Origin: Octopus bimaculoides
Lineage: Eukaryota
NCBI RefSeq assembly: GCF_001194135.2
Contig: NC_068983.1
Coordinates: 94,123,348-94,187,347 of the forward strand
Reading direction: 5' to 3'
DNA: 64,000 bases
Of the stretch, positions 24,798 through 38,144 are shown one piece after another. The position numbers were made by a program, and so were the translations under genes. Within the stretch, counting starts at the first letter, position 1. The number at the start of each line of letters is the position of its first letter. The notes under the pieces are model-generated. The model was given only the letters and a program-made list of their open reading frames with translations, was not told where the DNA came from and searched no databases.

Positions 24798-26444
24798 ACT
24801 TGAGATGGATATGCAACAAGTGGCTATTCCTTCAGTATAATAAAGGTAGGCAAGATATTGTAACCAAAGAAATTCACAATATTGAAGAGGTGGAGTGTGC
24901 AATTAAAGCAGTAGGACTGTGGAGACAATACAAATAGGTGGACAACATAGGAAATAGAAGAGAGGAACAATCTGTTAAGGAGCATGTTGTGGAAAATGAA
25001 ACCAAGCAGATTGTTTACTACTTTTTAAGCAGAGTCACAGTGTTTCCATCCTCAGCCAATATTAAGTCATGGAATAGCAGTGAGCTGGCAGAAACATTAG
25101 CATACCGGGCGAAATGCTTAGTGGTATTTTGTCTATCTTTACCTTCTGAGTTCAAATTCTGCCAAGGTCGACTTTGCCTTTCATCTTTTCAGTGTCGATA
25201 AATTAAGTACCAGTTGTGCACTGGGTTGATCTAATCGACTGGGCCCCTCCCTAAAAATTCCGGGCCTTGTGCCTAGAGTAGAAAAGAATATTAAATCATG
25301 GAGCTGGCAAATATCGACTTGGAGGCTCTGCTTCATTGGCGTATATTGTAACAGCATGTAAGTCACCTTTGCAAAGTATATCTGGTGTTATATCCAAGTC
25401 TGAACTATTATTGCTGATGTGCTATGATAACAATTCTGAATACTGCAGTATCAATACAATGAGAATCAATAATTTCCTGTTGTTTTCCACTTGGAAGGTA
25501 AGAAAGGACAATGCTGGAATGTTAACAAAGGAAAGCTCAGGCTTTTGAATGCTACTAAAGATTACAACCTCAAGTGGATTTGAAGGAAGTCCCCATGTTC
25601 TTAAGCCACATTACAATAATAAAGCTATGTCCTGTTCCTGTGTCTGATAATGTGAAAAGTTTTGATTTTTGAGTTGACAGCATCTTCAGAAGGGCCTAAA
25701 GTTTGAAGAACTTGGTGAATCATATGAAGCACAAAGACAGAAGTATATGGTGCTATCACTCAAAGCAGGAAATCATAAGTTTATAGCTAGATCCACAATA
25801 CCTTTCCTTGATGGTATTGGACTTAGGAAGGATAGCAGAGCAGTGATACATAGAGAGGAAAGCAGAAAATGTTTTGCTATGGATATGGCAGAGATATAAG
25901 AGAGAAAAACCAAAACTGGGAGCAAATTACAAACCCTCAGCAAGCAGTAAAACAGAATAGTTGCTGCATAGTTGGAGTGGTTACAGCTGACACCAGTTTG
26001 GTGTGGCAGCTGAATGGATAACAGTAATAAGATTGTTGGACGGGGAAATACAGTCAGAAGGTGCCAAAATAACTGTAATCTCCTATCAACAGCTGAAAGG
26101 AATGTTCTGTAGTGCAAATCGTATGAAGAATATTTACACACACACAAACTGAACATCTGCAAGGTTTTAATTTGTTAAAAAACATTTTCATTGAAATCTT
26201 TTTTTTTGTCAGTATTCAAACTTTTAAAAACTAGAATTTATGTTTATTCCTAACTAAAATGAAATAATCAATAGTTCTGGCATGATTGATTATATTGTAG
26301 TGTTTATTTGTTTTAATCATACTGTCAACAAATATTTTCAACAGTGTAGACTCTGATTTATACCAAATTTTGCTCAAATGCTGTAAATAATAAAATGCTG
26401 TTTATAAAAGTTCTTGGAATCAGCTTTGACTTAATGATCTGCAT

Positions 26445-27037
26445 AAATTTACCACAAGGTCTGGAGACAGTCCAGGCCAAAACAAAGTCTTGCTTTCATG
26501 ATCTTGGAGAGACCATTTGACTACTTTGGCTGAATGAGCGGGAGCATTATCATATTGGTACATTGCCAGTCTGAAATTAATAAGTTATTCTTGTATAGGG
26601 AAGATGATGCTTTTGTAAAATATTCTTGTCAGCATTGACTTTTTCTTTTTGATTTTCTTAGACATTTTTAATGTCCATCAGTGAGTTGGTAAGTCTTGAT
26701 TTATCCAAGAAGATAACACTTTGAAACACACTGATGTTCATTACTTTCTACAGTTCAAAGAATTCTATTGGTAATGTTTTGGGTTTATGACGCAATCCCA
26801 GCCACAAATTCCAGATTCCTTCAAAGACCTTCTAATGAGATATCTATATACATGCCTTCCATCATTTGTAGATAAAGAAGTAGCAATTTGTTTTCTGCCA
26901 TTAGAGGCTAGTTTTATGAAATTTCTCTTATCACTCAAATTCAGATCCTTTTTTTTACCTTCTGTATCCTGTTTTTTGTAGCTACTAAATTCTCTTTCTT
27001 TTGGATGAAGTATTCTATGTATGGTAGTTAATGGCAT
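26445..27037 (-). pseudogene. Tc1-family transposase remnant
   Basis: HTH region (PLTTIHRIL...GKKKDLNLSDKR...IRRSLKESGI) and catalytic QYDNAPAHSAK...WPGLSPDL at 26450-26560. Confidence 0.78.
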
Positions 27038-27473
27038 ATTTAATTTTCTTTGTTATGTTTCTATTTCAGTGATCTTCATCATAAAGGAAAGAATCCTTCC
27101 CTTCATGGAAGAAGACACATGTTTTCTTCTTTTGGTAGGAGCAATCAAATATAGAATAGTAACTCAATCAAGACTTGCTCTCCAGCATCATGCTCCAGAA
27201 GAACTTCAAACATATGAATGCCATAGCTAAGTTATCAACTCAAGGGCTCCATCTAACAACAATTCTTAGATTGGAAATTTCCTGAAAAACCACTTATCGC
27301 AGCATGTTGATAGCTACTGACCTCTAAATGCTCCAGCTCTTTTATATACACATGGTGGTGATGGTGAGGGTACACACATACACACATACATACATGTATA
27401 TTTATAGATATATATGTATGTGTGTATGTGCATATGCATGTGTGTGTGTAAGTGTGTGTAAGTGTGTGTGTGT

Positions 27474-27521
<48 letters not shown>

Positions 27522-27974
27522 GTGTTTGACAGGATACCACATTCAGTAATTGGGTAGTCACTGAGAAAACTTGGTGTTGACAAATGGCTTGTGAAGGTTG
27601 TATAAGCTACATGCAAAGATACAGTAAGTAAAGCGAGAGTCAACAATAATTTCAATGATGAATTTCTTGTGAACATAGAAATCCATCAGAACTTGATTCC
27701 TTAGGCCTCTTCTATTTATTATAATCTTAAAGGATTTCAGAGAGGAGTTGATCTAATTCTCATTGCTGAATCTAATGGAGAATTAGAGAGGAAATTCTGA
27801 GTGTTGGATCTAAACCTAGAATTGAGAGATCTTAAAGTAAACTAAGCAAAGATGGTTTTAAGTAAGTAGGAAAAAAGACAGGATCATGGTAACTTCAGGA
27901 AAATGGCCATGCCCAATATGCAGAAAAGGACTATAAGCCATAAATTTCATACAGTGTACTCATTGTAAGCCATA

Positions 27975-28635
27975 GACACACATGAGTTGTAATTCTATAG
28001 GCAGACTAACAGAGAATATAAGCTTCATATGTGATAGATTCACTGGAGCAGTACATACTATGTGTATGTCAAAAATAGGTTCTTTTACAGGCTCAAATGG
28101 CTCACTTGAAGTGGCTGATAGCTTTTGTTATCAAGATGTAATTAGCAGAGGAGGTGTTAGCCAAGTTAAGTATGGGTTGGAGAAAGGTCAGGGAGCTACT
28201 ACTACTGCTGCTGGTTACAAAAGTCTTTTCCCCCAGAGTAAAGAGCAGATTGCACAATGGTTGTGTTAGAACTACAATACTGTGTGGTATTGAGACATGG
28301 ACTTGAAAAAACTAGAAAGAAAAGAAACAAGCATGCTCAGCTGGGTGAGTAATGCAAGTGTGCATGAGTAATGTAATACAAACATGCTGAAAGAAAACTG
28401 AGTATAAGAGGGATCAGATGTACTGTGTAAGAAAGAAGACTACGCTGGTATGGACATGTGATATCTATGAATGAAGACAGCTGTATAAAGAAGTGTCAAT
28501 GTCTTAATGTAGATGGAGTTGGCAGAAGAGAGAAAGCCATAAAGAAATGGGATGAAGAGCTGAAGGCTAATCTCAGGACCTTAAACCTCACAGGTGAGAT
28601 GACACAAGACCAGGCTGACTGGTAATACACACCAA
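27975..28635 (+). mobile_element. RTE-clade LINE 3' coding remnant
   Basis: LEVADSFCY, GWRKVRELL and RRLRWYGHV..MNEDSCIKKC motifs. Confidence 0.8.
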
Positions 28636-28825
28636 GATGTTTTTATGTAACAGCAGCAGCACCATCCCAGGTGTGGAAGCAGTATTTCCTTATCAGTTTT
28701 GCATTGACTTTGCAAAGGTCCAGCAATCGACCAGAGCCAAAATATTTCCTGCTCATAACCTTTTATTCAGGTATGTTGAGTCAGGCCTGACCTGAAGTTA
28801 AACAGCAATGATTAACTAAGTGAAT

Positions 28826-28895
<70 letters not shown>

Positions 28896-28921
28896 GTGTG
28901 TGTATAATAATTATATGACAT

Positions 28922-29133
28922 GAAGATGGAAGATACCAGGCTTTAATAGTAAATCACATTTGTTTCTGCACTGGAACCTAATAATTTGATTGGTAAAGAG
29001 TAATCAACATCAAATACCTAGAGAATTCAGAAAAATCCAATAGTATTTAATCGTATTCCACCCAATGAAGCTGGTGTGCAGTGCAGAAACAAATGTTGTG
29101 ATCTACTATTAAAGCTTGGTATCTTCCATCCTC
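28922..29133. repeat. Fold-back element, about 52-bp arms, with hammerhead remnant
   Basis: gaagatggaagataccaggctttaatagt... versus ...actattaaagcttggtatcttccatcctc. + strand 29059-29100 reads cac-CCAATGA...GAAAC-AAAT-GTT-gtg. Confidence 0.75.
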
Positions 29134-29274
29134 ATATTACATTATTGTTATGCTAATGTTATGCATGGAGGAGTTCCATATGTGTATACAGCCTTGGAAA
29201 ATATCCAACTATAGAATAAGATATGGTAGCCAAATAACAACATAGCTCTTAGATGCATGTTATGAGGTTTTGGG

Positions 29275-29920
29275 AGTTGCTATGTGGTAAGAAGCTTACT
29301 TACCAACCACATGGTTCCAAGTTCAGTCTCACTGCATGGCACCTTGGGTAATGTCCTCTAGTATACCTCAGACTGACCAAAGCCTTGTGAGTGGATTTGG
29401 TAGACAGAAACTGAAAGAAGGTGGCGAGCTGGCAGAATCGTTAGCAGGCCGGATGAAATGCTTAGCGGTATTTCGTCTGTCTTTACGTTCTGAGTTCAAA
29501 TTCCATCGAGGTCGACTTTGCCTTTCATCCTTTCGGGCTTGATTAAATAAGTACCAGTTACGCACTGAGGTCGATATAATCGACTTAATCCATTTGTCTG
29601 TCCTTGTTTGTCCCCTCTCTGTGTAGCCCCTTGTGGGCAGTAAAGAAGTAAGAAACTGAAAGAAGCCCATCGTGTATATATATATATATGTGTGTGTGTG
29701 TGTATGTGTATGTATTTGTCCCCCACCACTGCTTGACATTCAGTATTTGTGTGTTTATGTCCCTATAACTTAGTAGTTTCACAAAAGAGACTCTGAGAAT
29801 AAGTACCAGGTTTAAAAAAAAAATACTGGGGTTGATTCATCCAACTAAAAGTTCTTTAAGGTGGTGCCCCAGCATAGCCACAGTCTAATGACTAAAACAA
29901 GTAAAAGAATAAAAAATAAA
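29275..29920 (+). mobile_element. SINE family B (gctgtgtggtaagaagcttgc...accttgggcaagtgtcttc); other copies about 1915-2130, 5075-5280, 5870-6035, 7345-7495, 7985-8195, 11510-11650, 22068-22270, 32470-32810, 48105-48670, 49430-49640, 52835-52985, 62965-63080
   Basis: Recurrent tRNA-like head, an internal (TG/TA)n tract and a ...gactgaaacaagtaaaag tail. Confidence 0.85.
29421..29650 (+). mobile_element. SINE family A (gtggcgagctggcagaatcgttagc...), nested; other copies about 9160-9325(-), 12384-12603, 21298-21520, 21532-21745, 25078-25290, 32905-33040, 45888-46105, 51015-51225(-), 51235-51445(-), 61505-61732(-)
   Basis: Recurrent sequence of about 220 bp with a gagttcaaattcc B-box. This copy has a 15-bp TSD AGAAACTGAAAGAAG (29406-29420 / 29651-29665). 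Confidence 0.85.
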
Positions 29921-30824
29921 AGTATACATATAGTTAAGTACAGAATACCATATTTTATAGGTGAGATAAAAATAATTTTAAGCAATTGCAATTATACCCA
30001 TAATAATGAGTCATTAATTTTCACTTAAATTACTCTCAGAGAGGGAAAAGATCAAAGCCCATTCATCCTCACCCCTGTGTATCAGCACTTAATGTTTGAT
30101 AAATGGCACTTCTGGAAGTTCTCAGTTTTGTCACTTCTGAGTGTAAGCTAATGGCTTTCCACTTGACTGATTAAAATTATTTTTAGCTCACCACCCTGAG
30201 TATGGTAGCCTGCACTTAACTATATGTTCTTCACACAGAAGACAATCTGGGAAAATATATCCTACACAACTACTATTCTGGAACAAACTATGATAGCTAG
30301 TCCCTTTGTTGATTCCATTGGGGGTAGTCCCTCACTATCAAATTCTTCATCCTCTTTCAACAGCCTTTTATTATATTGATCCAACAAAAGAACCTCTATG
30401 AAGTTACTCAACTTACAAGAAATAGCAGCCAAATTCCCTCAAATCACACTCTATTGTCTTTAAGTAGGGAAGATACATTGAACATTGTAGTCTTAGATAT
30501 ACAATAAGATAGGATTTGCTGCTTTTGATTATAAGTTTGCTCAGTCAATGCTAAGTGCAACAACTTTCTATTATAAAACTTCTCTGTCTCCTTCTTGTCT
30601 TTGTCAATAAAAGTAAGTGCATAATGGACATAATCTTTTTCAACATCTTGATTTCTATAAACACCATGCTTTGTAATTTAGAACACTTTACACCTTCCAT
30701 TCTCACAGCACAGAATATCAGCAGATTTCTGGCATTTAGCTTCTCACATAATCAGACACAAATGATATCTTGTTTCTTGTCTGGCATCTCAATATTTCTC
30801 TTTGCTATATCCATTCTCTGACTA

Positions 30825-32052
30825 TCAGGTCATCCCATAAGTTCTGTCCGATTTTACCATTTTTTAAAATTGAATGAAATTTAATAGTATTTTAGAATGT
30901 CTAATGGAATTAAAAATTATTTTTATGCATTTGTGTACATTTAAACTAATAAAATATTATTTTACAAAATAATAGAATTAAAATTTCTTTGATTAAAACC
31001 CTTTCTAACATGGAAGTATCCAAAGAGCATTTGAGGCACCTAATGCTTTATGAATACAAAAAAAGAAACTCTGCAGCCAAAGTGACTCGAAACATACACT
31101 CAGTTTATGGGAAAGAATGCTTGAATGAAAGAACTTGCAGAAGATGGTTTGCAAAATTCAGAAGTAGAGATTTCCGCCTTGAAGATGAAGATCAAACAGG
31201 ACANNNNNNNNNNTTGAAGAATTGGCAATAAAGCTTAGTTCAAACCATACAACTGTTCATCGTCATCTTCAACAACTTGGAAAGGTTCCTAAACTTAGAA
31301 AATGGGTGCCTCATGAATTGTCCGAAAGCAACCACAAATCCCGAGTTGACAGCTGTTTTTCTCTCCATTCTCGCGAACTCATTTCACCCTTTTTGGATAG
31401 ACTTGTGATTGGTGACAAAAAATGGATCTTCTATCAGAATTTGAAATGTCGCAAACAGTGGCTTGGTAAAAGGGAAAAAGCTCAACCACAACCAAGAAGG
31501 GAACTTCGTGGGAAAAAGGTTCTTCTCTCTATCTGGTGGAATTGCAAAGGATTTTTGAATTGTTACCACCTAATGTAACAATCAATGCTCAAGGCTACTG
31601 TCAGCAATTAAAGCGTTTGAACCAAGCTTTTAAGAAAAAAAGACTTGCTTTAGTGAATCAAAAAGGAGTAACGTTTCATCAGGACAATGTGCGACCCCAC
31701 ACTGCAAAGATCACATTACAGAAGATTGAAGAGCTTGGTTGAGAAAAAATTTCTCATCCACCTTATTCTCCCGACCTTGCTCCTTCAGACTACTATTTGT
31801 TTCGTAGTTTACAGAATCATTTGGGGGACATAACTTTTGCAAGCCAGGAGGAGGTTGAAACTGACATTTCAGAGTTCTTCACTTTGAAACCAAGAGTTTT
31901 ACATTGATGGGATTAAAAAGCTTATAAATAGACAGAAGGAAGTCATAGATAATAAGGGACAGTACATTGATGATTAAATTTCATTTAAATATAACATTTG
32001 ATCACTTGTTTTCTTTATTCAAAATTCGGACAGAACTTATGAGATGACTTGA
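30825..32052 (+). mobile_element. Near full-length mariner (DD34D) DNA transposon, inactivated
   Basis: 27-bp TIRs TCAGGTCATCCCATAAGTTCTGTCCGA (30825-30851) and TCGGACAGAACTTATGAGATGACTTGA (32026-32052), 2 mismatches, with TA on both flanks. Confidence 0.95.
31010..31977 (+). pseudogene. Mariner transposase pseudogene
   Basis: MEVSKEHLRHLMLYEYKK HTH, WVPHEL, VIGDKKWIFY, FHQDNVRPH, HPPYSPDLAPSDYYLF. TGA at 31740-31742 in place of Trp, frameshifts near 31550 and 31895, and an N gap at 31204-31213. Confidence 0.93.
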
Positions 32053-32620
32053 TATTTCCAAGTCTTTTATTTAACTCGTAAAGCCACCATAGTTCAACTT
32101 TGTCCACCATTTGGACAGAGATCTTCATCAACAAAACATTGAATATAATAAAGACTTGCAGCAGGCTGCTGATAAGAATGTGTAACTGTCCTATACATTA
32201 CAGCTTTCACCTCTCCCTCCTTGTTGTTTGGAAATCTCACCTAAGACAGGAGTCTTCTAACTCTCACACTTACCTTCTCTTATATGTTGCTTCTGAGTCT
32301 TCCTCAGACTCAACCAAATGTTCCTAACACTATACTATTCAAATGAGTGTATTTCTCATCAGGGAAGCATGTGGTGTTAGTCTCTTGTCTTGTTTTTACT
32401 AAGCAACAAGCTCCTTCTGGTTCTCATGTCCACTTGAGTGATATGTGACCAGTTATCTAGCTTTTCTTTTATACTTATTTCAGTACTTATTATTTTTTTG
32501 CAAAGCCTGGCACTTATTCTATGAATCACTTTTGCCGAACTGCTAAGTTAAGGGGGCATAAACACACCGACACCAGTTGTCAAGCAGTGGTGGGGAACAA
32601 ACACAGATGCAGACACAAAG

Positions 32621-32651
<31 letters not shown>

Positions 32652-34193
32652 CGATGGGCTTCTTCTAGTTTCCTTCTACCAAATCCATTCACAAGGCTTT
32701 GGTCGGTCTCAGGCTATAGTAGAAGACACTTGCCTAAGGTGCCAAGCAGTAGAACTGAACCTAGAACAATGTGGTTGGAAAGCAAGTTTCTTACTACACA
32801 GCCACAGTTACAGACTAGCTTTTCAAAGCTTGTGTTGCAAATGGTTAGAATCATTGATTTCTCTTTATTTGTTGAAGCATAGTCTTAGCCTCCATGTACA
32901 CCATTTGGTACAGTTGTCAGAGAGCATGATAAAATGCCTTGCAGTATTTGTTCTAGCTTTCTGCACTTCCAGTTCAAATTCTACCAAGGTCAACTTTATC
33001 TTCTAACCTTTCAGGGCCATTAAAATTAAGTACCAGTTCAAGGCAGAACATTGGTGAAATTGTTAGAGTGTGTCATTAGATTATTTAAGGCTTCTGTTAT
33101 AACTCCTTGTGATTTGAGTTTTAGAGTGGTAGGCTTAACCATCTTGTGGTTTTACAACACTATCTGATCCTTAGACAACTTCAGTACAGTTCATTTCATT
33201 GCATAGATTTAGACCAGGTCTCTGATTTAAAGATAACTTTCTCTCTTCATCCCACCAGTTTCAGAGGTCTTGATAGGATAATGAGTCGTGCACTTCCCTC
33301 CCTCACTAAATAGTAAAAAGAATAAAATAAAATAGCAGTATACTTGCCTGGTGTTTTCCAGTATGACTATTAAAACTGCTAGATATACAAACTAAGGGTA
33401 AAGACCCACATCAGTCATAAATGACCATAGGATTGCACCTAGAAAGTTCCCCTCTGAGGCACAAGGTTTTTATGGAAGACCAGCAGTCACCTATGCGTAC
33501 CAGCTTCCCCTTTCCATGCCACCAATGTTATCCAAGGGAAAGGCAAAGACCAGTACAGCTTGGCACTAGTGATGTTGCAACTCATTTCTACAGCTGAGTG
33601 AACTGGAGCAATATGACATAAAGTGTCTTGTTCAAGAAGACAACACACAACCCAGTCCAGAAATCGAACTCACTATCTCATGATCGTGAGTCTGATGCTC
33701 TAATCACTGAGTCATGCACCTTCAGACTATATCACCATTATCAATTAACAATTAAAAGCCTCATAAAACTAATTCATTTGCTCATCTTTCGGACATATTT
33801 CACAGGCATAAGCAGGGACCCACCTTAATTATATGAGTGTATGTGTGTGTAGGGGGGGGTGCATGTTCCTTATGCATTTGAAAACCAAGTTGCCAATTTT
33901 GATGTGTGAGGTATCAAAAGATTCTGTAATCTTTCAGCTACCAAATAAACTTTATTTTCATTTACATATTTTCTATGTTATCTCAGCAACTAGCTTTAGT
34001 TATTTGAAAGACAATGCTTTACAATGACCAAGTTTCATTAGAAAGGGACAATAATCTCACACTTTCAATTTGAACCAAAATTGCATGTTGCATTACAAGA
34101 GTGACAATGTATGAATAATGAAAGTAATGTTTCTCCAAATTAGTCACATTTGTACTATAATAAAGAAAGCTGCTTCTCATCTATCTATATGTA

Positions 34194-34520
34194 TTGGGTC
34201 ATCCCACAGAAATGTGTTTTTTTTTTTAATTGCATGAACTAAAAGTCGAAAGGGGGCAGGACAAACAACTTGCTATAAAAGCAGGCAGTAATTTTACCTT
34301 TGAATTCTGTAGACAAGGTCAGAACAGTAGTGGAAGAGTATTTTTCATCATGGACAAGTGAATTTTGGAAGAGGGGCCTAGCAAGTCTACCAGATAGATA
34401 GAAGAGCATTGTAGCAAATGAAAGAGAGTATATTTTAGAATAAAAAAGAACTTTGTTTATCTTAATTTTGAAAAGTAAATGAAGTATAAAGAAAACTGCA
34501 TTATTTATGGGACGACTCAA
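34194..34520 (+). mobile_element. Internally deleted mariner derivative (MITE-like, 327 bp)
   Basis: TA-ttgggtcatccca ... tgggacgactcaa-TA. The interior encodes a transposase C-terminus (EFWKRGLASLPDR...EYIL). Confidence 0.8.
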
Positions 34521-35261
34521 TAAAGGCTACCAAATAAACTATGTTTTTGACACAACTCTTTTTTACTACTGAAATAACCTCGGCAACGAGGTCAGGTCAC
34601 ATAATTTTGAGGTCATTTTTGGGCAATATTTCGATTTGCTTCTTATGTTTCACTTTTATTCAATGCTTCACATATGCGTAGAATTCTACTCAGACAAGCT
34701 TTTATGAAAATGTACACATAAATATTATATTAAAATAAGCCACAACCAAAAACATTTCATTAAAAAATATCCATTTCTCTGTTTGTTATGAGGAAATACA
34801 GTCACTCACTCTCTCTCTCTCTCACATGCACATGCTAGTGCACACATACATGCAAAAAAGCTATATGCATATGTACATATATATGTGTATATGAAAGATA
34901 ATGTGTGTGTGTGAGAGAGAGAGAGAGAGAGCAAGTGAGTATCATTTACACATACATACAAAAAATACATACATGACAATACACACCTTCACTCACTCAC
35001 TCTCTCTCACTCTCTCATGCACACACATACACATATATTCATTTCATATACTCACACATACATCTTTCACTTTCTCCTCTCTTTCAATTTCTGCTCTCTT
35101 CAAAGCATAAAGAAATAAAAAAAAATTTACGGAAATTAACGAACAATCCTATGATTCTATATGATCGACCATATGAACAAGTTGACACCTTTGCTGCTTC
35201 AAATGAAAGAATGCCATTAAATAACTTTCTTTGGCACACACATGCCGACACACACATGCTG

Positions 35262-35297
<36 letters not shown>

Positions 35298-38144
35298 TCT
35301 AGGTAAAACTTTTGTATGAATTATGTTATTTCTTGTGCGCACGCGCAAAATTACAGCTCAGATCCAATTGAAATTACCTTTTTCTATTTTGTAATTTGTG
35401 TTTGTGATGAGCATATTTAAAAACCTGATCTTCAATATAATCTTAAAAGAAGTTTTCCCAGAAATCCTATCCTTTACCTCTTGTTTCTAGCATGTCCAAG
35501 GTGAAATTTACACCTCACTCATATTTCTTTCTAAATTTCTTTTGATTCCTATGTTTTCGATACAGAAGATTAGGATTTCGCCCAAAAAACATTCTCAATA
35601 TTTTAATTTTCTCACTCCCCGCCCCAGTTTCTTCATTTTTAGTTTTTTCTAAATTTTTTTCTTGGAAATCCACAGAGAAAAAAAAAACAGAGAGTACAAA
35701 TCTTTAAGAATTTTCTTCTTCTTTTCTTCTTAAAGAAACACNNNNNNNNNNNNNNNNNNNNNNNNNNNNNNNNNNNNNNNNNNNNNNNNNNNNNNNNNNN
35801 NNNNNNNNNNNNNNNNNNNNNNNNNNNNNNNNNNNNNNNNNNNNNNNNNNNNNNNNNNNNNNNNNNNNNNNNNNNNNNNNNNNNNNNNNNNNNNNNNNNN
35901 NNNNNNNNNNNNNNNNNNNNNNNNNNNNNNNNNNNNNNNNNNNNNNNNNNNNNNNNNNNNNNNNNNNNNNNNNNNNNNNNNNNNNNNNNNNNNNNNNNNN
36001 NNNNNNNNNNNNNNNNNNNNNNNNNNNNNNNNNNNNNNNNNNNNNNNNNNNNNNNNNNNNNNNNNNNNNNNNNNNNNNNNNNNNNNNNNNNNNNNNNNNN
36101 NNNNNNNNNNNNNNNNNNNNNNNNNNNNNNNNNNNNNNNNNNNNNNNNNNNNNNNNGTGGGTGAGGTGGGAGAAGGGGCATTGAGTGTTTCTAAAATCAA
36201 ACTTTCAGAAAATATATATATTTCCCAGATTCATAATATCTGTATTTTTCTATGTGGATAAAATTTTTTTTTTTAAAGTTACAAATTAAGAAATTGCAGT
36301 GGGGATGGGGAAATTAAAATTTTGGAAACGTGATTTCTGGGCAAAATCGTAATAACCCCCTTTTATACAATGAAACAATACATAGTTTGTGATCCTTCTT
36401 AAGAAAAGAAAGCACTTTCATGCAAACCCATGCAAATTGCCCCCTCCCCCTCCCTTCACTTTTAAACTAACAATAACTTCTATTATGCTAGTAATCCAGT
36501 TCACTATATATCAGTTGTGTCAATTCTGCCCATAAGAAAGGAATAAATAATACAATGTGGCTGTAGGTTATAACATCCGGACAACGCCAGGAAGCATTGT
36601 TAGTTAAATTATAAAGACAAAATTGAATTTCATTGAATTAGTCCCTTCCAAAGTAGTTTGCTGCAAGTAATTCACTGAAAAACTGAATATTCATCAGCTA
36701 TGGTTTTTCCATGGTTATGCACTAATCTTATAATAAAAGATCCAGTCCAAGACCTAATGAAAACTTATTGAAAATTTCTAAAAATATATCTGTAGAATTA
36801 AATATCTATACAGTCAGTGATTCCAAAGTCCAATCTCAGGTTAGAACTAAAAGCATTTTATCATTAAAATTATCAGAAAAGGATGAGAGTGAAATGTACA
36901 TGACAATTTTCAGGCCCTTCCAGACTGGTAAGATTGGTGGGGTAGATGTCCAATTCAAACATCTGGAGGGAAAGAGAGTGTAGAGAAAGGAATTCCAAAG
37001 GGTTGCCGGTCTTGAAACTGGATGAAGTGTTTAGTGCAGGGTATGAGAGGTAAAATACAGAGGAGAATGATAGCAGGAGAAGAAANNNNNNNNNNNNNNN
37101 NNNNNNNNNNNNNNNNNNNNNNNNNNNNNNNNNNNNNNNNNNNNNNNNNNNNNNNNNNNNNNNNNNNNNNNNNNNNNNNNNNNNNNNNNNNNNNNNNNNN
37201 NNNNNNNNNNNNNNNNNNNNNNNNNNNNNNNNNNNNNNNNNNNNNNNNNNNNNNNNNNNNNNNNNNNNNNNNNNNNNNNNNNNNNNNNNNNNNNNNNNNN
37301 NNNNNNNNNNNNNNNNNNNNNNNNNNNNNNNNNNNNNNNNNNNNNNNNNNNNNNNNNNNNNNNNNNNNNNNNNNNNNNNNNNNNNNNNNNNNNNNNNNNN
37401 NNNNNNNNNNNNNNNNNNNNNNNNNNNNNNNNNNNNNNNNNNNNNNNNNNAGTGCAGGGTATGAGAGGTAAAATACAGAGGAGAATGATAGCAGGAGAAG
37501 AAACAAGTATATCAAGTCTCAGAGGTGGAGAAGAACAGGGGTCATTGTAGTAGCAACAAAGCTGGCACTCTGTCGGTTATGATGATGAGGGTTGTAGTTG
37601 ATCCGATCAACAAAACAGCCTACTCATGAAATTAACATGCAAGTGGCTGAGCATTTTACAGACATGAGTACCCTTAATGTAGTTCTCAGGGATATTCAGC
37701 ATGACACAGAGTGTGACAAGGCTGGCCCTTTGAAATACAGATACTACTCATTTTTTGGCAACTGAGTGGACTGCAGCAATGTGAAATAAAATGTCTTGCT
37801 CAAGGACCCAATGCATTGCCAAGAACTGAACTCACAACTTTACAATCGTAAGCTGAATACCCTAACTACTAAGCCACATATTTTCACAATAGCAACAGAA
37901 GAGGTAACAAAAAGAAAGAGGAGGACACTTGTCAGTCAGTGATTATAGCCTGCTAAGGAGTTAATCATTGACACTCTGCTAAATTCACCTTGTTTAGGTT
38001 TCAGTCAAGGATGTTTATTTATGCAGGAGCAACTGCACTGTGTCACATATATAAGCAGGACATATGGGATTTACTGACCTGATCTAGGCAAAAGTACTGA
38101 CATATTAAAATTTCCCCTCCTCACCAATTTTATGTATGTATGTC

